Shown here in pieces: positions 53,401-64,000 of a stretch of DNA of 64,000 nucleotides (positions within the stretch are counted from its first letter, which is position 1; each line of letters starts with the position of its first letter). The translations under genes were made by a program, and so were the position numbers. The stretch is from the NCBI GenBank assembly GCA_964016885.1, contig OZ024744.1:123938001-124002000 (forward strand). Reading direction: 5' to 3'. The notes beneath the pieces were generated by a model. The model saw only the letters and a program-made list of their open reading frames with translations. It was not told where the DNA came from and made no database searches. Origin of the DNA: Eledone cirrhosa. Its lineage: Eukaryota.

Positions 53401-56400
53401 CAACCCATGTATGTAGGACACTAGTCTGTAATAACTTGTCTCGCCCATGACAGGTAGGACAATAGTCTGTAATAACCTGTCCAACCCATGTATGTAGGAC
53501 AATAGTCTGTATTAACTTGTCTCGCCCTTGACATATAGGACAATAGTCTGTAATAACTTGTCCAACCCATGACAGATAGGACAATAGTCTGTAATAACTT
53601 GGCCAACCCTTGACACGTAGGACAATAGTCTGTAATAACTTGTCCAACCCATGACAGGTAGGACAATAGTCTGTAATAACTTGTCCAACCCATGACAGGT
53701 AGGACAATAGTCTGTAATAACTTGTCCAACCCATGTATGTAGGACAATAGTCTGTAATAACTTGTCCAACCCATGTATGGAGGACAATAGTCTGTAATAA
53801 CTTGTCCAACCCATGTATGTAGCATAATAGTCTGTAATAACTTGTCCAACCAATGACAGGTAGGGCAATAGTCTGTAATAACTTGTCCAACCCATGACAG
53901 GTAGGACAATAGTCTGTAATAACTTGGCCAACCCATGACAGGTAGGACAATAGTCAGTAATAACTTGTCCAACCCATGACAGGTAGGACAATAGTCTGTA
54001 ATAACTTGTCCAACCCATGTATGTAGGACAATAGTCTGTAATAACTTGTCCAACCCATGTATGGAGGACAATTGTCTGTAATAACTTGTCCAACCCATGT
54101 ATGTAGGATAATAGTCTGTAATAACTTGTCCAACCAATGACAGGTAGGGCAATAGTCTGTAATAACTTGTCCAACCCATGACAGGTAGGACAATAGTCTG
54201 TAATAACTTGTCCAACCCATGACAGGTAGGACGATAGTCTGTAATAACTTGTCCAACCCATGTATGTAGGACAATAGTCTGTAATAACTTCTCCAACCCA
54301 TGTATGGAGGACAATAGTCTGTAATAACTTGTCCAACCCATGACAGGTAGGACGATAGTCTGTAATAACTTGTCCAACCCATGTATGTAGGACAATAGTC
54401 TGTAATAACTTGTCCAGCCCATGTAGGTAGGATAATAGTCTGTAATAACTTGTCCAACCAATGACAGGTAGGGCAATAGTCTGTAATAACTTGTCCAACC
54501 CATGTATGTAGGACAATAGTCTGTAATAACTTGTTCAACCCATGTATGTAGGACAATAGTCTGTAATAACTTGTCTCGCCCTTGACATGTAGGACAATAG
54601 TCTGTAATAACTTGTCCAACCCATGACAGATAGGACAATAGTCTGTAATAACTTGTCCAACCCATGACAGGTAGGACAATAGTCTGTAATAACTTGTCCA
54701 ACCCATGACAGGTAGGACAATAGTCTGTAATAACTTGTCCAACCCATGTATGTAGGACAATAGTCTGTAATAACTTGTCCAACCCATGTATGGAGGACAA
54801 TAGTCTGTAATAACTTGTCCAACCCATGTATGTAGGATAATAGTCTGTAATAACTTATCCAACCCATGACAGGTAGGACAATAGTCTGTAATAGCTTGTG
54901 CAACCCATGACAGGTAAGACAATAGTCTGTAATAACTTATCCAACCCATGATAGGTAGGACAATAGTCTGTAATAACTTGTCCAACCCATGACAGGTAAG
55001 ACAATAGTCTGTAATAACTTGTCCAACCCATGCCAGGTAGGACAATAGTCTGTAATAACTTGTCCAACCCATGACAGGTAAGACAATAGTCTGTAATAAC
55101 TTGTCCAACCCATGATAGGTAGGAAATAGTCTGTAATAGCTTGTCCAACCCATCTATATAGGACAATAATCTGTAATAACTTGTCCAGCCCATGACAGGT
55201 AGGACAATAGTCTGTAATAACTTGTCCAACCCATGACAGGTAGGGCAATAGTCTGTAATAACTTGTCCAACCCATGACAGGTAGGGCAATAGTCTGTAAT
55301 AACTTGTCCAACCCATGACAGGTAGGGCAATAGTCTGTAATAACTTGTCCAACCCATGTATGTAGGACAATAGTCTGTAATAACTTGTCTCGCCCATGAC
55401 AGGTAGGACAATAGTCTGTAATAACTTGTCTCGCCCTTGACATGTAGGACAATAGTCTGTAATAACTTCTCCAACCCATGACAGATAGGACAATAGTCTG
55501 TAATAACTTGTCCAACCCTTGACAGGTAGGACAATAGTCTGTAATAACTTGTCCAACGCATGACAGGTAGGACAATAATCTGTAATAACTTGTCCAACCC
55601 ATGTATGTAGTATAATAGTCTGTAATAACTTGTCCAACCCATGTATGATGGACAATTGTCTGTAATAACTTGTCCAACCCATGTATGTAGGATAATAGTC
55701 TGTAATAACTTGTCCAACCCATGACAGGTAGGATAATAGTCTGTAATAACTTGTCCAAGCCATGACAGGTAGGACAATAGTCTGTAATAACTTGTCCAAC
55801 CCATGTATGTAGGACAGTAGTCTGTAATAACTTGTCCAACCCATGACAGATAGGACAATAGTCTGTAATAACTTGTCCAACCCATGACAGGTAGGACAAT
55901 AGTCTGTAATAACTTGTCCAACCCATGACAGGTAAGACAATAGTCTGTAATAACTTGTTAACCCATGACAGGTAAGACAATAGTCTGTAATAACTTGTCC
56001 AACGCATGACAGGTAGGACAATAGTCTGTAATAACTTGTCCAACCCATGACAGGTAGGAAATAGTCTGTAATAACTTGTCCAACCCATGACAGGTAGGAC
56101 AATAGTTTGTAATAACTTGTCCAACCCATGACAGGTAGGACAATAGTCTGTTATAACTTGTCCAACCCATGTATGTAGGACAATAGTCTATAATAACTTG
56201 TCCAACCCATGTATATAGGACGATAGTCTGTAATAACTTGTCCAACCCATGTATGTAGGACAATAGTCTGTAATAACTTGTCCAACCCATGTATATAGGA
56301 CGATAGTCTGTAATAACTTATCCAACCCATGACAGGTAGGACAATAGTCTGTAATAACTTGTCCAACGCATGACAGGTAGGACAATAGTCTGTAATAACT

Positions 56401-59400
56401 TGCCCAACCCATGACAGGTAGGACAATAGTCTGTAATAACTTGTCCAACCCATGTATATAGGACGATAGTCTGTAATAACTTATCCAACCCATGTATATA
56501 GGACGATAGTCTGTAATAACTTGTCCAACCCATGACAGGTAGGACAATAGTCTGTAACACCTTGTCCAACCCATGACAGGTAGGACAATAGTCTGTAATA
56601 ACTTGTCCAACCCATGATAGGTAGGACAATAGTCTGTAATAACTCGTCCAACCCATGTATGTAGGACAATAGTCTGTAATAACTTGTCCAACCCATGACA
56701 GGTAAGACAATATTCTGTAATAACTTGTCCAACCCATGACAGGTAGGACAATAGTCTGTAATAACTCGTCCAACCCATGTATGTAGGACAATAGTCTGTA
56801 ATAACTTGTCCAACCCATGACAGGTAAGACAATAGTCTGTAATAACTTGTCCAACCCATGCCAGGTAGGACAATAGTCTGTAATAACTCGTCTAACCCAT
56901 GTATGTAGGACAATTGTCTGTAATAACTTGTCCAACCCATGAAAGGTAGGACAATAGTCTGTAGTAACTTGTCCAACCCATGTATGTAGGACAATAGTCT
57001 GTAATAACTTGTCCAACCCATAACAGGTAGGACTATAGTCTGTAATAACTTGTCCAACCCATGACAGGTAGGACAATAGTCTGTAATAGCTTGTCCAACC
57101 CATGACAGGTAAGACAATAGTCTGTAATAACTTATCCAACCCATGACAGGTAGGACAATAGTCTGTAATAACTTGTCCAACCCATGACAGGTAGGACTAT
57201 AGTCTGTAATAACTTGTCCAACCCATGACAGGTAGGACAATAGTCTGTAATAACTTGTCCAACCCATGACAGGTAAGACAATAGTCTGTAATAACTTGTT
57301 AACCCATGACAGGTAAGACAATAGTCTGTAATAATTGTCCAACGCATGACAGGTAGGACAATAGTCTGTAATAACTTGTCCAACCCATGACAGGTAGGAA
57401 ATAGTCTGTAATAACTTGTCCAACCCATGACAGGTAGGACAATAGTTTGTAATAACTTGTCCAACCCATGACAGGTAGGACAATAGTCTGTTATAACTTG
57501 TCCAACCCATGTATGTAGGACAATAGTCTATAATAACTTGTCCAACCCATGTATATAGGACGATAGTCTGTAATAACTTGTCCAACCCATGTATGTAGGA
57601 CAATAGTCTGTAATAACTTGTCCAACCCATGTATATAGGACGATAGTCTGTAATAACTTATCCAACCCATGACAGGTAGGACAATAGTCTGTAATAACTT
57701 GTCCAACGCATGACAGGTAGGACAATAGTCTGTAATAACTTGTCCAACCCATGTATATAGGACGATAGTCTGTAATAACTTATCCAACCCATGTATATAG
57801 GACGATAGTCTGTAATAACTTGTCCAACCCATGACAGGTAGGACAATAGTCTGTAACACCTTGTCCAACCCATGACAGGTAGGACAATAGTCTGTAATAA
57901 CTTGTCCAACCCATGATAGGTAGGACAATAGTCTGTAATAACTCGTCCAACCCATGTATGTAGGACAATAGTCTGTAATAACTTGTCCAACCCATGACAG
58001 GTAAGACAATATTCTGTAATAACTTGTCCAACCCATGACAGGTAGGACAATAGTCTGTAATAACTCGTCCAACCCATGTATGTAGGACAATAGTCTGTAA
58101 TAACTTGTCCAACCCATGACAGGTAAGACAATAGTCTGTAATAACTTGTCCAACCCATGCCAGGTAGGACAATAGTCTGTAATAACTCGTCTAACCCATG
58201 TATGTAGGACAATAGTCTGTAATAACTTGTCCAACCCATGAAAGGTAGGACAATAGTCTGTAGTAACTTGTCCAACCCATGTATGTAGGACAATAGTCTG
58301 TAATAACTTGTCCAACCCATAACAGGTAGGACTATAGTCTGTAATAACTTGTCCAACCCATGACAGGTAGGACAATAGTCTGTAATAGCTTGTCCAACCC
58401 ATGACACGTAAGACAATAGTCTGTAATAACTTATCCAACCCATGACAGGTAGGACAATAGTCTGTAATAACTTGTCCAACCCATGACAGGTAGGACAATA
58501 GTCTGTAATAACTTGTCCAACCCATGTATATAGGACAATAGTCTGTAATAACTTGTCCAACCCATGTATGTAGGACAATTGTCTGTAATAACTTGTCCAA
58601 CCCATGTATGTAGGACAATAGTCTGTAATAACTTGTCCAACCCATGACAGGTAGGGCAATAGTCTGTAATAACTTGTCCAACCCATGTATGTAGGACACT
58701 AGTCTGTAATAACTTGTCTCGCCCATGACAGGTAGGACAATAGTCTGTAATAACCTGTCCAACCCATGTATGTAGGACAATAGTCTGTATTAACTTGTCT
58801 CGCCCTTGACATATAGGACAATAGTCTGTAATACTTGTCCAACCCATGACAGATAGGACAATAGTCTGTAATAACTTGGCCAACCCTTGACACGTAGGAC
58901 AATAGTCTGTAATAACTTGTCCAACTCATGACAGGTAGGACAATAGTCTGTAATAACTTGTCCAACCCATGACAGGTAGGACAATAGTCTGTAATAACTT
59001 GTCCAACCCATGTATGTAGGACAATAGTCTGTAATAACTTGTCCAACCCATGTATGGAGGACAATAATCTGTAATAACTTGTCCAACCCATGTATGTAGG
59101 ATAATAGTCTGTAATAACTTGTCCAACCCATGACAGGTAGGACAATAGTCTGTAATAACTTGTCCAACCCATGTATGTAGAACAATAGTCTGTAATAACT
59201 TGTCCAACCCATGACAGGTAAGATAATAGTCTGTAATAACTTGTCCAACCCATGCCAGGTAGGACAATAGTCTGTAATAACTTGTCCAACCCATGACAGG
59301 TAAGACAATAGTCTGTAATAACTTGTCCAACCCATGACAGGTAGGAAATAGTCTGTAATAACTTGTCCAACCCATCTATATAGGACAATAGTCTGTAATA

Positions 59401-62400
59401 ACTTGTCCAGCCCATGACAGGTAGGACAATAGTCTGTAATAACTTGTCCAACCCATGACAGGTAGGGCAATAGTCTATAATAACTTGTCCAACCCATGAC
59501 AGGTAGGGCAATAGTCTGTAATAACTTGTCCAACCCATGACAGGTAGGGCAATAGTCTGTAATAACTTGTCCAACCCATGTATGTAGGACAATAGTCTGT
59601 AATAACTTGTCTCGCCCTTGACATGTAGGACAATAGTCTGTAATAACTTGTCCAACCCATGACAGATAGGACAATAGTCTGTAATAACTTTTCCAACCCT
59701 TGACAGGTAGGACAATAGTCTGTAATAACTTGTCCAACCCATGACAGGTAGGACAATAGTCTGTAATAACTTGTCCAACCCATGTATGTAGGACAATAGT
59801 CTGTAATAACTTGTCCAACCCATGTATGGAGGACAATAGTCTGTAATAACTTGTCCAACCCATGTATGTAGGATAATAGTCTGTAATAACTTGTCCAACC
59901 AATGACAGGTAGGGCAATAGTCTGTAATAACTTGTCCAAACCATGTATGTAGGACAATAGTCTGTAATAACTTGTCCAACCCATGTATGTAGGACAAAGT
60001 CTGTAATAACTTGTCCAACCCATGACAGGTAGGATAATAGTCTGTAATAACTTGTCCAACCCATGACAGGTAGGACAATAGTCTGTAATAACTTGTCCAA
60101 CCCATGTATGTAGAACAATAGTCTGTAATAACTTGTCGAACCCATGACAGGTAGGACAATAGTCTGTAATAACTTGTCCAACCCATGACAGGTAGGACAA
60201 TAGTCTGTAATAACTTGTCCAACCCATGACAGGTAGGACAATAGTCTGTAATAACTCGTCCAACCCATGTATATAGGACAATAGTCTGTAATAACTTGTC
60301 CAACCCATGTATGTAGGACAATAGTATGTAATAACTTGTCCAACCCATGACAGGTAGGACAATAGTCTGTAATAACTTGTCCAACCCATGTATGTAGGAC
60401 AATAGTCTGTAATAACTTGTCCAACCCATGACAGGTAGGACTATAGTCTGTAATAACTTGTCCAACCCATGACACGTAGGACAATAGTCTGTAATAGCTT
60501 GTCCAACCCATGACAGGTAAGACAATAGTCTGTAATAACTTATCCAACCCATGACAGGTAGGACAATAGTCTGTAATAACTTGTCCAACCCATGACAGGT
60601 AAGACAATAGTCTGTAATAACTTGTACAACCCATGCCAGGTAGGACAATAGTCTGTAATAACTTGTCCAACCCATGACAGGTAAGACAATAGTCTGTAAT
60701 AACTTGTCCAACCCATGACAGGTAGGACAATAGTCTGTAATAACTTGTCCAACCCATGACAGGTAGGAAATAGTCTGTAATAACTTGTCCAACCCCTGTA
60801 TATAGGACAATAGTCTGTAATAACTTGTCCAGCCCATGACAGGTAGGACAATAGTCTGTAATAACTTGTCCAACCCATGCCAGGTAGGACAAAGTCTGTA
60901 AACACTTGTCCAACCCATGACAGGTAGGGCAATAGTCTGTAATAACTTGTCCAACCCTTGACAGGTAGGACAATAGTCTGTAATAACTTGTCCAACCCAT
61001 GTATGTAGGACAATAGTCTGTAATAACTTGTCCAACCCATGTATGTAGGACAATAGTCTGTAATAACTTGTCCAACACATGTATGTAGGACAATAGTCTG
61101 TAATAACTTGTCCAACCCATGACAGGTAGGACAATAGTCTGTAATAACTTGTCCAACCTATGTATGTAGGACAATAGTCTGTAATAACTTGTCCAACCCA
61201 TGTATGTAGGACAATAGTCTGTAATAACTTGTCCCACCCATGACAGGTAGGACAATAGTCTGTAATAACTTGTCCAACCCATGTATGTAGGACAATAGTC
61301 TGTAATAACTTGTCCAACCCATGACAGGTAGGATAATAGTCTGTAATAACTTGTCCAACCCATGACAGCTAGGACAATAGTCTGTAATAACTTGTCCAAC
61401 CCATGTATGTAGGACAATAGTCTGTAATAACTTGTCTCGCCCTTGACATGTAGGACAATAGTCTGTAATAACTTGTCCAACCCATGACAGATAGGACAAT
61501 AGTCTGTAATAACTTTTCCAACCCTTGACAGGTAGGACAATAGTCTGTAATAACTTGTCCATCCCATGACAGGTAGGACAATAGTCTGTAATAACTTGTC
61601 CAACCCATGTATGTAGGACAATAGTATGTAATAACTTGTCCAACCCATGTATATAGGACAATAGTCTGTAATAACTTGTCCAACCCATGACAGGTAGGAT
61701 AATAGTCTGTAATAACTTGTCCAACCCATGACAGGTAGGACAATAGTCTGTAATAACTTGTCCAACCCATGACAGCTAGGACAATAGTCTGTAATAACTT
61801 GTCCAACCCATGTATGTAGGACAATAGTCTGTAATAACTTGTCTCGCCCTTGACATGTAGGACAATAGTCTGTAATAACTTGTCCAACCCATGACAGATA
61901 GGACAATAGTCTGTAATAACTTTTCCAACCCTTGACAGGTAGGACAATAGTCTGTAATAACTTGTCCATCCCATGACAGGTAGGACAATAGTCTGTAATA
62001 ACTTGTCCAACCCATGTATGTAGGACAATAGTCTGTAATAACTTGTCCAACCCATGTATGGAGGACAATAGTCTGTAATAACTTGTCCAACCCATGTATG
62101 TAGGATAATAGTCTGTAATAACTTGTCCAACCAATGACAGGTAGGGCAATAGTCTGTAATAACTTGTCCAACCCATGTATGTAGGACAATAGTCTGTAAT
62201 AACTTGTCCAACCCATGTATGTAGGACAAAGTCTGTAATAACTTGTCCAACCCATGACAGGTAGGATAATAGTCTGTAATAACTTGTCCAACCCATGACA
62301 GGTAGGACAATAGTCTGTAATAACTTGTCCAACCCATGTATGTAGAACAATAGTCTGTAATAACTTGTCGAACCCATGACAGGTAGGACAATAGTCTGTA

Positions 62401-64000
62401 ATAACTTGTCCAACCCATGACAGGTAGGACAATAGTCTGTAATAACTTGTCCAACCCATGACAGGTAGGACAATAGTCTGTAATAACTCGTCCAACCCAT
62501 GTATATAGGACAATAGTCTGTAATAACTTGTCCAACCCATGACAGGTAGGATAATAGTCTGTAATAACTTGTCCAACCCATGACAGGTAGGACAATAGTC
62601 TGTAATAACTTGTCCAACCCATGTATGTAGGACAATAGTCTGTAATAACTTGTCCAACCCATGACAGGTAGGACTATAGTCTGTAATAACTTGTCCAACC
62701 CATGACACGTAGGACAATAGTCTGTAATAGCTTGTCCAACCCATGACAGGTAAGACAATAGTCTGTAATAACTTATCCAACCCATGACAGGTAGGACAAT
62801 AGTCTGTAATAACTTGTCCAACCCATGACAGGTAAGACAATAGTCTGTAATAACTTGTACAACCCATGCCAGGTAGGACAATAGTCTGTAATAACTTGTC
62901 CAACCCATGACAGGTAAGACAATAGTCTGTAATAACTTGTCCAACCCATGACAGGTAGGACAATAGTCTGTAATAACTTGTCCAACCCATGACAGGTAGG
63001 AAATAGTCTGTAATAACTTGTCCAACCCCTGTATATAGGACAATAGTCTGTAATAACTTGTCCAGCCCATGACAGGTAGGACAATAGTCTGTAATAACTT
63101 GTCCAACCCATGCCAGGTAGGACAAAGTCTGTAAACACTTGTCCAACCCATGACAGGTAGGGCAATAGTCTGTAATAACTTGTCCAACCCTTGACAGGTA
63201 GGACAATAGTCTGTAATAACTTGTCCAACCCATGTATGTAGGACAATAGTCTGTAATAACTTGTCCAACCCATGTATGTAGGACAATAGTCTGTAATAAC
63301 TTGTCCAACCCATGTATGTAGGACAATAGTCTGTAATAACTTGTCCAACCCATGACAGGTAGGACAATAGTCTGTAATAACTTGTCCAACCTATGTATGT
63401 AGGACAATAGTCTGTAATAACTTGTCCAACCCATGTATGTAGGACAATAGTCTGTAATAACTTGTCCCACCCATGACAGGTAGGACAATAGTCTGTAATA
63501 ACTTGTCCAACCCATGTATGTAGGACAATAGTCTGTAATAACTTGTCCAACCCATGACAGCTAGGACAATAGTCTGTAATAACTTGTCCAACCCATGTAT
63601 GTAGGACTATAGTCAGTAATAACTTGTCCAACCCATGACAGGTAGGACAATAGTCTGTAATAACTTGTCCAATCCATGACAGGTAGGACAATAGTCTGTA
63701 ATACCTTGTCCAACCAATGACAGGTAGGACAATAGTTTGTAATAACTTGTCCAACCAACGACAGGTAGGACAATAGTCTGTAATAACTTGTTCAACCCAT
63801 GTATGTAGGACAATAGTCTGTAATAACTTGTCCAACCCATGACAGGTAAGAGAATAGTCTGTAATAACTTGTCCAACCCATGTATGTAGGTCAATAGCCT
63901 GTAATAACTTGTCCAACCCATGGCAGGTAGGACAATAGTCTGTAATAAATTGTCCAACCCATGACAGGTAGGACAATAGTCTGTAATAACTTGTCCAACC
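5445..64000. repeat. Large satellite array of 40/41-bp monomers (~1,440 copies, single orientation, runs off the window end)
   Basis: Constant 37-bp core GTAGGACAATAGTCTGTAATAACTTGTCCAACCCATG followed by TAT (40 bp), ACAG (41 bp) or CCAG (41 bp); most monomers carry 0-3 differences; no unique insert seen. Copy number estimated as 58.5 kb / ~40.6 bp. Confidence 0.99.

Noticed and set aside
5374-63976. Hundreds of long minus-strand ORFs (up to 1728 aa) as protein-coding genes
   Set aside because: They are translations of the 40/41-bp satellite, open in all three overlapping frames; the unit length is not a multiple of 3, and stops and indels fall at random.
5445-64000. CRISPR array (37-bp partly palindromic constant core plus variable slot)
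   Set aside because: The variable part is only 3-4 nt with about three alleles, there are no unique spacers, leader or cas genes, and the context is eukaryotic (spliceosomal exons, LINEs).

Overview
Eukaryotic (animal; SINE/RTE remnants suggest a cephalopod, by recall only) genomic window. The first ~4.2 kb holds two in-frame, phase-0 GT-AG exons (252-389, 3681-3857, + strand) whose joined translation resembles the HEAT/linker region of PIK3R4/VPS15. They are separated by an intron packed with decayed repeats: a 60-bp-arm fold-back next to (AT)n, SINE-derived degenerate tandem repeats, a broken piggyBac, a tRNA-SINE head and an RTE LINE 3' end. About 35 bp after the second exon's donor a 54-57-bp minisatellite starts. 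It is followed by a 40/41-bp satellite that is split near its start by a 5'-truncated CR1-type LINE (4278-5444) and then runs uninterrupted to the window end (~58.5 kb, roughly 1,440 monomers, mosaic higher-order duplications). All the long minus-strand ORFs beyond 5.4 kb are translations of this satellite, not genes. Most notable: the array appears to lie inside a PIK3R4 intron, and on the gene's sense strand the 41-bp monomer has the form of a mini-intron (GT..branch-point-like TAATAAC..CAG), giving hundreds of tandem CAG|GT junctions.
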